Below are positions 1 through 8,723 of a stretch of DNA of 54,276 bases, piece after piece (within the stretch, counting starts at the first letter, position 1; each line of letters opens with the position of its first letter). The notes under the pieces were generated by a model. It ran no database searches, was not told the DNA's origin, and saw only the letters and a list, made by a program, of their open reading frames with translations. The stretch is from a virus (lineage: Duplodnaviria; Caudoviricetes). The DNA lies in IMG/VR virus record IMGVR_UViG_3300048575_000513, positions 1 through 54,276 of that record. One strand, 5' to 3'. The position numbers and the translations under genes are program-made.

Positions 1-1263
1 TTATTTGTTAAATAGTTTCATTGCGTCAGCCTTCGCTTTATCAGCAATATCAATATATGGCTTCATTGCCTTATAATCACTATGCCCAGTCCATTTCATA
101 ACAACTTGCGGCGCTATGCCTAACATCAGTGCATTGCAAATAAAAGTTCTGCGGCCTGCGTGCGTGCCTAATAAAGTGTACTTAGGAACTACTTCATCAA
201 TCCTTTTATTTCCCTTATAATAGGTTACTCGAACAGGCTTTTCGATTTTACAAAGCTTGCCCAGATCTTTTATAGCTTGATTCATTTTTTGATTTGAAAT
301 AACCGGAAGAGCCCTGTTTCCCGGGAAGGTTTCGTCCTGGTACTTATTCAGGACAAACCTGGAGTAATTGTTCAAATCAACGTTGATGCTGTCGTTCGTT
401 TTTACGGTGGTGACCGAGATGTACGTTTTAAAAATGTCTGACCTTTTTAAATTAGCAACATCACTATATCGTAGCCCGGTAAAGCAGCAGAAGCAAAACA
501 CATCACGCACGCGGGAAAGTCCGGGCATATTATCCGGAATATCTTTATTCCAAAATATCATTAGCTCTTCCCAATCCAGGAATATCACCTTTTTTTCAGC
601 CGTTTTCAATTTTGGAGAGAAGCTTAAAAAAGCCTGTTCGCTATTGTACCCTTTTGCCGTTGCCCACCGGAGGAACCATTTTAAAAAACCGAGTTGCTTT
701 CCAATTGTGCTGTTGCGAAGGTTGCGGTTATCGCGAAGATGGGCAACAAACCTGCTTAACTCGTTCTCGTTAAAATTGTTGAATGAAATTTTTTCATTGA
801 ATGACGTAATATGGTTTTTTAAAGCATCAAATTTTTGATATGTGGCGTCCGCCCACGTGTTGGTAAAGCCGACCTCTTTTGTAAATTCCCGGTACACTTC
901 AAAAAAATTTTTGTCGTTGGCTACAGGTGATTTTGAAGCCTTTCCTATCCTGGTATTAAAGGCATGGCGAAACTCTTCTGCCGATGGCTTTTTGCCAGCA
1001 ATTTCAAAGATATTAAAAACCTCCTCTGCGATGTTTTCAAACCTGGTAATTTCCTTGTTTATAACATTGGCCGCAATCTTTTTGGGGCCGTGGGTTGTAT
1101 TGGTTTTGCAGCGCTGAGTATCTTTACTCCACTTATTTAAGTCCACGCGAAAGCCTACGCCAAAAGCAACAACACCTCCATCCCATTTTATGCGGTACCT
1201 GAGCTTACCATCCTCCCTATCAAGCTCTTTATCAATTAGAAATATGGCGTTATGTTTTATCAA
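1..1263 (-). CDS. int: Tyrosine recombinase/phage integrase
   Basis: TGLRYSD, HAGRRTF and GHSDYKAMKPY catalytic motifs; N-terminal arm-binding and SAM-like regions. Confidence 0.95.
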   Translation of the reverse strand: MIKHNAIFLIDKELDREDGKLRYRIKWDGGVVAFGVGFRVDLNKWSKDTQRCKTNTTHGPKKIAANVINKEITRFENIAEEVFNIFEIAGKKPSAEEFRHAFNTRIGKASKSPVANDKNFFEVYREFTKEVGFTNTWADATYQKFDALKNHITSFNEKISFNNFNENELSRFVAHLRDNRNLRNSTIGKQLGFLKWFLRWATAKGYNSEQAFLSFSPKLKTAEKKVIFLDWEELMIFWNKDIPDNMPGLSRVRDVFCFCCFTGLRYSDVANLKRSDIFKTYISVTTVKTNDSINVDLNNYSRFVLNKYQDETFPGNRALPVISNQKMNQAIKDLGKLCKIEKPVRVTYYKGNKRIDEVVPKYTLLGTHAGRRTFICNALMLGIAPQVVMKWTGHSDYKAMKPYIDIADKAKADAMKLFNK

Positions 1264-1556
1264 GCCCCTTTTTCATTTAATTTTTTTCTTCTCACGGTGA
1301 ACATTGGCCCCCGTCCGACCATCAGGTAATCGGAAGCAACGCCGTAGTCTTCGATTAAATAATAAAGCCAAATGACTTTAAGCAGCTCACGGCTCGGATC
1401 TTTTTTTTGCATGTATAAACTGGTGCGGCCGATCTTGTATTTATCAGCAAAAGTCTTCTCCCCTCTTATCTTCTTTTTTCTTTTTAGTTCACCCAGTACC
1501 TTGAAGAATCTTTCTACTATAGCAATGTGCTCTGCAGCGTTATCTGTCATATTCAT
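1260..1556 (-). CDS. HTH DNA-binding protein (repressor-like)
   Basis: HTH-like core ending DYLMVGRGPMF; stop overlaps the integrase start. Confidence 0.65.
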   Translation of the reverse strand: MNMTDNAAEHIAIVERFFKVLGELKRKKKIRGEKTFADKYKIGRTSLYMQKKDPSRELLKVIWLYYLIEDYGVASDYLMVGRGPMFTVRRKKLNEKGA

Positions 1557-1560
1557 TTTA

Positions 1561-1770
1561 TTAAAAACCTTTTGCTCCCTTTCCGGTGAGAAACCAACGG
1601 GCGTTTATTTCTGGAAATTTTTCTATTATCGCCACGACAGGGACGATGCCGAAACTGCCGCCCTTCAATAGCTTCGTTACGTATTGAGGATTCCAGCCCA
1701 TTAACTCCGCAAATTGAGCCTGGTTCCCCTTCGTAACGTATTTTATTATTTCTGCTAGGCGGGTGTGCAT
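1561..1770 (-). CDS. XRE-like HTH regulator
   Basis: NQAQFAELMGWNPQYVTKLL HTH and INARWFLTGKG motif. Confidence 0.75.
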   Translation of the reverse strand: MHTRLAEIIKYVTKGNQAQFAELMGWNPQYVTKLLKGGSFGIVPVVAIIEKFPEINARWFLTGKGAKGF

Positions 1771-1775
1771 AGGGG

Positions 1776-2345
1776 TTAATATTTTTTAAAGTCCATAACA
1801 TAATTAAAAGTGTATTCAATAGTTTTTCCATCAATCACAATCGGGATAAAAAAACGCATCTCTTTGCCTAAAAGAGTTTTTCTTTTCTTTTCTGAGGATG
1901 GTAAAACGGGCTTACCTCCCCAATCGTTATCAATCCATTTAGCGGCATCAACTGGCATTAAGGTTTCGCTTATCTTTGAATTTGGGAGCAGGTCGTTATC
2001 TTTTTGACTTAAGCTAATATCAATAATTCTTGTTTCCGCCGGGGCTACTTTGTGAGAGCCTCCGCTTATGTCAATCAGCACAAACTTGTCATAGTTTATT
2101 GTAATTTTTTTTTCGCTTTTATTTGTAATCCAAAATAAAACGGAACTTGATGAGGGCGTTATCCTTATCTCTGCGACGCTGTCGACGTATAGATTTTCAA
2201 AGTATTTCAACTCTCTATCTTTTACGCCGGTACTATCTTTTACGCCGTTAATATTGACGCTTTTTAACCGCATCATATAATTATAGCTTTGCGCAAATAC
2301 AAAAACAGGAAAGAAGGAAATCGTTAGTAATAATAATTTTCTCAT
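1776..2345 (-). CDS. Secreted hypothetical protein (lysogenic cargo)
   Basis: Sec-type signal peptide MRKLLLLTISFFPVFVFAQ. Confidence 0.7.
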   Translation of the reverse strand: MRKLLLLTISFFPVFVFAQSYNYMMRLKSVNINGVKDSTGVKDRELKYFENLYVDSVAEIRITPSSSSVLFWITNKSEKKITINYDKFVLIDISGGSHKVAPAETRIIDISLSQKDNDLLPNSKISETLMPVDAAKWIDNDWGGKPVLPSSEKKRKTLLGKEMRFFIPIVIDGKTIEYTFNYVMDFKKY

Positions 2346-2355
2346 GTGTTAGCTT

Positions 2356-2799
2356 TTATTTTTTATAATAACTAATATCGCCCGTATACTTATTTGCTAC
2401 AATTTTAAAAGAATTTGAAATTTGATTAAAGGTGTGTTTGTGAGCAGATTTTGCAGGGCCAACAAATTGAACAATATCTTCCTGCTCCTTTGACCAAACG
2501 CCAGATACATTAGTATCCATCCTTAATACACCTTGCACGGAAATACTATCACTCGAATATTGAATTTTAAGTCTACTCGAAAAGTCAAAATTTTTTACCC
2601 TTGCAAATTTTGTCCCAATTTGACCTACGCTCTCATTTATGTAGTCTATTTCATAGCCCATTCCAGCAAGCTCTTTAGTCAAATCATTAAATGTAATGTC
2701 GCTTTTTTTCAAAATAATAGTATTATCACCTTTTTTCTGCCCAAAGCAAAATACTGGCAGCAATAACGCGACGATTAGTAATTTTTTCATAATTGTCAT
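2356..2799 (-). CDS. Secreted hypothetical protein (lysogenic cargo)
   Basis: Signal peptide MKKLLIVALLLPVFCFGQ. Confidence 0.7.
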   Translation of the reverse strand: MTIMKKLLIVALLLPVFCFGQKKGDNTIILKKSDITFNDLTKELAGMGYEIDYINESVGQIGTKFARVKNFDFSSRLKIQYSSDSISVQGVLRMDTNVSGVWSKEQEDIVQFVGPAKSAHKHTFNQISNSFKIVANKYTGDISYYKK

Positions 2800-2902
2800 T
2801 TTGATTTTGATAATAATTCTTTCGCTTTAACCATATATTGAAAGTTTTAATCTTCTAAAATTTTTAATGCTATGAGCACATTGCAACCAACGAACGAATG
2901 CG

Positions 2903-3451
2903 CTAAATGTCCTTTTTTGAACCGGTGCCCTTTGGCTTCTTTGGACCCTCGCTTTCCTCAGAATAATCTTTATTGCCCTCGTGAACTACGTTGGCTTGAA
3001 AAGGATCCCCGACGAACGTTTCTTCTCCCGTCTTGGCTTTTTCGGATTGATCGTGTATGCTTGAACTAATTATTAACCATTGCTCTCTATTAGTTTGAGC
3101 GAGGATTTTGTTGCATTCTACCAGCTCGGTAATCGAGTTGATCAACGATCTTAATTCCGGGCTGGTTTCATCTTTCTTAGAAGGGCTTTGTAACACATCA
3201 CTACCGCCTACAAGCATTCTTCCATTGCCGTTGGCTAAATACGAGTACGATATAAAGGGAAATGTTTCAGTGAACTTTTTCAAGAAATTAGGAGTGAGAT
3301 ATTTCTCATTTCCATTTCGAGCTGACGAAACACTGCTTTTATGAACTATCATTTTGTTAGCGATGTCCAAATTAGTGCTGACCAAACGCTGTCCTATTAG
3401 GTATGCAATAGCCTCCTCTAACCTTTCCCGAGCTTCATTCAATACGAACAT
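2903..3451 (-). CDS. CI-like repressor (HTH plus coiled coil, no S24 peptidase seen)
   Basis: NLDIANKMIVHKSSVSSARNG HTH and SYLANGNGRML; divergent from the early operon. Confidence 0.65.
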   Translation of the reverse strand: MFVLNEARERLEEAIAYLIGQRLVSTNLDIANKMIVHKSSVSSARNGNEKYLTPNFLKKFTETFPFISYSYLANGNGRMLVGGSDVLQSPSKKDETSPELRSLINSITELVECNKILAQTNREQWLIISSSIHDQSEKAKTGEETFVGDPFQANVVHEGNKDYSEESEGPKKPKGTGSKKDI

Positions 3452-3623
3452 TATTTGTATTTTTGTTTAAAATTGTTTTATGACCATCGCTATCATTGCT
3501 CTTGTTGCTTCTGCTTCTTCTGCAATGTTTTGCATTTTGATAATTCGCGGCAATAGGCGTTTAAAGAGATTATCGCAGCAGATTGAAGCCACCATCTTAC
3601 GGCAGCGGCATGACCGAAACAAA

Positions 3624-4040
3624 TCAACAACTCCTAATCAGAGCTATGGCGGCGACAACAAAGCTTAAAGCCGCAATTCCAAAACTCCCAATAGAATAAA
3701 GCGTATTTCGATCAATCTCTTTTTGCTGCGCTTTAATTAATTTTAAATTCTCTCTTTTTATCTCATTTTGCAAATCAACGTGTTCCTGAAATCTACTATA
3801 GCCGCCTGATGCTACAAACTCAATTCCACGCTGTGTTATTTTTGCCCTCCATCTTATTTCTGCGTCTTTCTGCCAGTTTACGGATATATACCCATCATTC
3901 TCCATCCTGTTTGCCGAAATATAATCTATATCAAAGCCTTCTGTTTTTTTCGTTCCCGTAAACCTGGCATCATTGTACATCTGCCACAATAGCATATCGC
4001 AGTGTTCGTTTAAACTTTTATCATCTACAATATCATTCAT
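3624..4040 (-). CDS. Hypothetical protein with C-terminal transmembrane helix
   Basis: 138-aa ORF with hydrophobic C-terminus. Confidence 0.6.
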   Translation of the reverse strand: MNDIVDDKSLNEHCDMLLWQMYNDARFTGTKKTEGFDIDYISANRMENDGYISVNWQKDAEIRWRAKITQRGIEFVASGGYSRFQEHVDLQNEIKRENLKLIKAQQKEIDRNTLYSIGSFGIAALSFVVAAIALIRSC

Positions 4041-4106
4041 AATTCATACTATATCAACCACTTACCAAAAAACGCAACAATATTTAAAAAATAAATACAA
4101 CTTTTA

Positions 4107-4148
4107 TACAATTATTGATTGTATTTACAATTATTGATTGTATATTCG
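4107..4148 (+). promoter_or_regulatory. Two tandem palindromic operators overlapping the early rightward promoter
   Basis: TACAATTATTGATTGTAT at 4107-4124 and 4126-4143 (TACAAT-N5-ATTGTA); TATATTCG -7-like box at 4141-4148. Confidence 0.7.
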
Positions 4149-4221
4149 CACAGCGTCTTTACTCAAAGTAACGATTAAAAGAGTAGCAAAAGTAACTTAA
4201 TAATAATAAACTGAATAGATT

Positions 4222-4440
4222 ATGAGCGAAAATTCGATAAAGACCCCTTTTAGACAGATGAAGGAGGCTAAAGAGCTGGCGATATATAACGAAAGAAAAG
4301 AGCTACTGAGCCAGCCAGGGGCTATGGCGACCGCGGTAGATGCCATCCTGAAGGCTAAGTATAATATTCATTCTGCCTCAACCATTTGGTTTGTGTGCAA
4401 GCGCGTTGAGAAGCGCCTTGCTGAAGCTGGATTAAAATAA
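4222..4440 (+). CDS. Cro-like early DNA-binding protein
   Basis: First gene of the rightward operon; small, basic and helical. Confidence 0.55.
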   Translation: MSENSIKTPFRQMKEAKELAIYNERKELLSQPGAMATAVDAILKAKYNIHSASTIWFVCKRVEKRLAEAGLK

Positions 4441-4494
4441 TGCAAATCATGAACGAGTGATATTCTTTATTCCTAAAATTTCAACCAAATAAAT

Positions 4495-4770
4495 ATGTAC
4501 ACCCTTGAAACCCCTATATGGCAGCTCACTGTTGGCGAGTTTGTCGACCTGCATAAAAAGATAGTTGCAGATACGGTACATCCTCCTGCAAAGGATTACA
4601 CAGAAAAAAAATATGTGTACGGTTTATCAGGTCTGGCGGCATTGCTGAATTGTTCCAGGACGACAGCTCACGCTATAAAATCATCCGGAAAAATAGATGC
4701 TGCGGTAATGCAGGAAGGCCGCAAAATAATTATTGATTCTGAAAAGGCTTTACAACTATTAAAAAAATAA
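4495..4770 (+). CDS. DUF3853-family excisionase-like HTH protein
   Basis: YVYGLSGLAALLNCSRTTAHAIKSSGKIDAAVMQEGRKIIID signature. Confidence 0.8.
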   Translation: MYTLETPIWQLTVGEFVDLHKKIVADTVHPPAKDYTEKKYVYGLSGLAALLNCSRTTAHAIKSSGKIDAAVMQEGRKIIIDSEKALQLLKK

Positions 4771-4820
4771 CTGGCGCGTGAACGCCAGCTACTAACATTT
4801 AAAAATCAAAATATTGATTT

Positions 4821-6845
4821 ATGAAACAAATATCGTTAAAAAAACTGAAGCTGACAAGATTCAAAGGAGCGCACGACGTCGTGATTGAATTTGATCCAAA
4901 CGAGACGAATATCTTCGGTGCCAACGGTACCGGCAAGACAACTATTTTCGACGGCTTCCTGTGGCCCCTATTCGATCGCGACAGCTCCGGCCAATCTGAC
5001 TTTAATATTAAAACATTAACCGAAGACGGCAAGCCTGTGGGCCGCGTGGGTCATGAGGTTGAACTTACGATCGATGTAGATGGCGCAGAAATCGAAATTA
5101 AGCGCGTCTACGCCGAAAAATGGGTAAAGGCAAAGGGTTTTGAAGAAGCGACCTTTCAGGGCCACGAAAACACGTTCTTTTGGAACGGCGTACCCATGAA
5201 ACAAGTTGATTTTAAAAAGTCCGTGGCGTCCGAGATCTGCGACGAATATATTTTTAAACTCATTACCTCTCCCCTGGCGTTCAACGCGCTTCCCTGGAAG
5301 GAGCGCCGGGAGCTGCTGACCCGGATAGCCGGCAACGTATCCGATACCGACATTGCCGGTGACAACAAAGAATACAGGGACCTGGTTCTGAAGCTGGCCA
5401 AATACAAATCCGAAGAAGATTACCGGTCCATGCTCCGCGCCTCGGTTGAGAAGTCGAAGAAAGAGATTAAGCTGATACCGGCCCGGATTGATGAGGTGAA
5501 GAGGTCCCGGCCTGAGACGCTCGCGTTCGACAGGATCCGGGAATTGATTGCTGAAAAGCAAAAAGAAGTTGCGCGCATTGATGAGCAGATAGAGGATTCA
5601 ACCAAGGCGTATCAGGCCGAACTGGATAAGATCAATGAGCATAACCGGAAGATTGCTGCAGTAAAATCTGAGATAGAAATCATTGAAATCGAGGCCGTCA
5701 GAGCGGCGAAAAAAGCCTGTGAGCAGGACCGCACGGCGTTGAACGCAGCCGTATCTAAACTGGATGCATGCAATCGTGAAATATCATCACTGGGCAGCTC
5801 TTTATGGGTTACAGAATCTGAAATAAGCACCATTGAGGCGAAGACTGCTTCGGTAGATAAAGACATTGTTAATCTTCGTGAAAAATGGACAACCGTTAAC
5901 GCGGAAGAGTGCCACGATTCAACCAATTGCCCAACGTGTAAACAGGCGCTACCAGACGATCAAATAGAAGCCATATTTGACCGGTTCAAGGCCAATAAGG
6001 CCGAGAGGTTAGAATCGATCAATAGCCTCGGCAAAAGGCTTGCTGTCCAGAAAACCGATTTGACAAATCAACTGGTTGGTCTTAACGAACGCGCTGCTGA
6101 TCTCGAAGAGAAGTTAAAGGAAAAGGATGCCGAGTATAAAACTCTTGAATCCAGTGTTGTAAAGGAAAAGCAAGCCTTATCCGATCAGGACGGGCAGCAG
6201 TGGCAGGATGTTTACAATGAAAAGCTGCAATCTGATCTTGAATATATCGCTAATCAACAGATATTATCTGAGCTGCAAGCCTCCGCGCCGGAACGGCCAG
6301 TTGTTGACAACGGTTTGTTGAAGGAAAAGAAGATCTCTATTGCTGCGGAAATCGACAGCCTCAAATCCGACCTACAGGTTGAAAATTTAATTAAACAAAC
6401 GGATGCGCGTATTGCAGAACTGGAAGCCCAGGAAAAGGTATTGGCCAAAGAGATTGCCGACGTAGATAAGCAGATCTTCACCCTTGAAGAGTTTACAAAA
6501 CTAAAAGTTGATGAGATTGAACGCAGGGTGCGCGATCAATTCGACGGCGTTTCATTCCGCATGTTCCGCGAGCAGGTTAACGGGGGGTTAGAGCCGTGCT
6601 GCGACACACTTGTAAATGGTGTTCCGTTCGCTGATGTGAACACAGCGGGAAAGATTAATGCAGGGTTGTCGATCATAAACACTCTGTCGAAACATTTTGG
6701 AGTATCGGCGCCTGTGTTTTTGGATAACAGGGAATCTGTATCGGATGTGATTGAAACGGATGCGCAGCTAATCAACCTTATTTTTTCCCCGGCGCATAAA
6801 GAGTTAACGGTTGAGGTTGCTGAAAAAGAATTGGTAAACGCTTAA
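4821..6845 (+). CDS. SbcC/Rad50-like coiled-coil ATPase
   Basis: Walker A GANGTGKTT, long coiled coil, CPTC zinc hook, Walker B VFLDNRES. Confidence 0.85.
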   Translation: MKQISLKKLKLTRFKGAHDVVIEFDPNETNIFGANGTGKTTIFDGFLWPLFDRDSSGQSDFNIKTLTEDGKPVGRVGHEVELTIDVDGAEIEIKRVYAEKWVKAKGFEEATFQGHENTFFWNGVPMKQVDFKKSVASEICDEYIFKLITSPLAFNALPWKERRELLTRIAGNVSDTDIAGDNKEYRDLVLKLAKYKSEEDYRSMLRASVEKSKKEIKLIPARIDEVKRSRPETLAFDRIRELIAEKQKEVARIDEQIEDSTKAYQAELDKINEHNRKIAAVKSEIEIIEIEAVRAAKKACEQDRTALNAAVSKLDACNREISSLGSSLWVTESEISTIEAKTASVDKDIVNLREKWTTVNAEECHDSTNCPTCKQALPDDQIEAIFDRFKANKAERLESINSLGKRLAVQKTDLTNQLVGLNERAADLEEKLKEKDAEYKTLESSVVKEKQALSDQDGQQWQDVYNEKLQSDLEYIANQQILSELQASAPERPVVDNGLLKEKKISIAAEIDSLKSDLQVENLIKQTDARIAELEAQEKVLAKEIADVDKQIFTLEEFTKLKVDEIERRVRDQFDGVSFRMFREQVNGGLEPCCDTLVNGVPFADVNTAGKINAGLSIINTLSKHFGVSAPVFLDNRESVSDVIETDAQLINLIFSPAHKELTVEVAEKELVNA

Positions 6846-6854
6846 AAAATAATA

Positions 6855-7268
6855 ATGAATAACCCAAAATTTAAAAAAGGAGACTGGTGTTTTTGTGAGT
6901 TTGAATTAAAACAAGTCATAGAAACGTCAGACAACCGAATTACAGAGGTTTCTTCTGGTTACAGCAGGCTTAGTAGTAGAGACCTTTCTGATAGATGCTT
7001 CCCGCTAACACTTAGAATAAAAGTTATAAGCGATTCGGTTAATTACTGGTCGAGGAAATTTCACGAAACAAATTGCAACAACCTTAATCATCCTGACTTA
7101 AACAGAGAGCTTATTAAAAGATGGGTAAGTATTTGTGAAACCTCTGACGATGATGATTTGACAAACAAAAAGATAAAAAGTCTTGAAGAGTTTGGTAAGT
7201 CTGTAATTAATAAGGTTGATAATCTCAGATGCGAACAGGTTGAAGGCGTTAGGATTTTCGGAAGATAA
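6855..7268 (+). CDS. Hypothetical protein
   Basis: 137-aa AT-rich ORF within the operon. Confidence 0.6.
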   Translation: MNNPKFKKGDWCFCEFELKQVIETSDNRITEVSSGYSRLSSRDLSDRCFPLTLRIKVISDSVNYWSRKFHETNCNNLNHPDLNRELIKRWVSICETSDDDDLTNKKIKSLEEFGKSVINKVDNLRCEQVEGVRIFGR

Positions 7269-7299
7269 AATTCACTAAACATTTAAAATCAAATATAAA

Positions 7300-8073
7300 A
7301 TGAGTACAGAAAACAAACAAGTGGCAGCAGCCCTGCCGGCAACCAGGCCCAAAGGCGAGGTAACGTACCAGGTCGCAGGCCAGGACGTAAGACTTAACTA
7401 TCAGATCGTAAGAGATTTCCTTACTAAAGGCAACGGGCAGGTTTCCGACCAGGACCTAACCCAGTTCATATCCATATGTAAGTACAATCAGCTTAACCCG
7501 TTCCTTAACGAAGCATATTTGGTTAAGTTCGGTCAACAGCCTGCTTCAATGATTGTATCGAAGGAAGCATTTTTTAAACGCGCAGATGCAAACGAAGATT
7601 ACGAAGGTATCAGGGCGGGCATTATTATACAAAGGGGTAAAGATGTGATTGAAGTTGAGGGTTCGTTTAAAACCAAAGACGATATACTGTTAGGCGGCTG
7701 GGCAGAGGTTCACCGTAAGGGCAGAAAGTTCCCATTCATTTCAAAAGTTGCGCTTAACGAGTACGATAAACAGCAATCGCTATGGAAAGAAAAGCCGTCC
7801 ACAATGATTTCAAAAATTGCTAAGGTGCAGGCCTTGCGTGAAGCATTTCCGGCTCAATTAGGCGCAATGTACACACAGGAAGAAGCTGATAGAACCGAAG
7901 ATGTTGCAGCAGAAGTTGTTTCTTCTGAAATCAAAGCATATGCCAATAAAAAAGTGTTTGACTTTGAAGAGTCTGAGCAGGTTAAGGAAGAACCGAAAGC
8001 ACAACCTAAGCAACCTGAACCGGTTGAGGCTAACGCAAACGGCGAATTGTTTAACGAAGGTCCAGGGTTTTAA
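7300..8073 (+). CDS. recT: RecT/Bet single-strand annealing protein
   Basis: LNPFLNEAYLVKF and WKEKPSTMISKIAKVQALREAFP motifs. Confidence 0.9.
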   Translation: MSTENKQVAAALPATRPKGEVTYQVAGQDVRLNYQIVRDFLTKGNGQVSDQDLTQFISICKYNQLNPFLNEAYLVKFGQQPASMIVSKEAFFKRADANEDYEGIRAGIIIQRGKDVIEVEGSFKTKDDILLGGWAEVHRKGRKFPFISKVALNEYDKQQSLWKEKPSTMISKIAKVQALREAFPAQLGAMYTQEEADRTEDVAAEVVSSEIKAYANKKVFDFEESEQVKEEPKAQPKQPEPVEANANGELFNEGPGF

Positions 8074-8075
8074 AA

Positions 8076-8723
8076 TTGATAGTTATGCGAGTATTGGTTA
8101 ACACAGGTGATGTCTTCGGAAACTTCACGGTATTAAAAGAACTCGAACAGAAGGGAAACCTCAGAATGTTCTTGTTTAGGTGTGTGTGTGGTAAAGAGGT
8201 TGTTCGTCCTCTTGGTCAAGTAAAAGGTTTGTTTTTAAAAAGTTGCGGATGTCTTAGGCCGGTACCGATACACTCTTTAACACACGGTATGACCGGTACA
8301 AGGATATATAGAATTTGGCAAGGCATTAAAAACAGGTGTTATAATAAAAATAGGAAAGCTTATAAGAACTACGGTGGCAGAGGCATATCGGTTTGTAATG
8401 AATGGATGCATTTTGAGCCATTTATGAAATGGTCTTTATTGTCTGGATACACCGATGATTTATCTATAGAAAGAATAGACTTTAATGGAAATTATGAACC
8501 CGACAATTGTAAGTGGATAACATTTTCACAACAAGCATCCAACAAAAGGAATGTAAATATTATTGAAATAGGGGGTATAAGAAAATGTATGGCAGAATGG
8601 TGTCGAATTTATAATGTTCCCATTAGTAGAGTTATAGCCAGAAAAAAATATGGATGGGATTTAGTAAAAGCATTAACTGTTCCTGCTAACCCAAGAAAAA
8701 GAAAACAAAATTATGAAGCTTAA
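8076..8723 (+). CDS. Free-standing HNH-type homing endonuclease
   Basis: RIWQGIKNRCYN...YGGRGISVCNEW...SIERIDFNGNYEPDNCKW; AT-rich relative to flanks. Confidence 0.85.
   Translation: MIVMRVLVNTGDVFGNFTVLKELEQKGNLRMFLFRCVCGKEVVRPLGQVKGLFLKSCGCLRPVPIHSLTHGMTGTRIYRIWQGIKNRCYNKNRKAYKNYGGRGISVCNEWMHFEPFMKWSLLSGYTDDLSIERIDFNGNYEPDNCKWITFSQQASNKRNVNIIEIGGIRKCMAEWCRIYNVPISRVIARKKYGWDLVKALTVPANPRKRKQNYEA

Noticed and set aside
1553-1834. 93-aa minus-strand ORF
   Set aside because: Overlaps the HTH gene 1561-1770 in another frame and has no motif
4771-4788. Hairpin CTGGCG-CGTGAA-CGCCAG as a terminator
   Set aside because: No adjacent U-tract; at most a stability or processing hairpin
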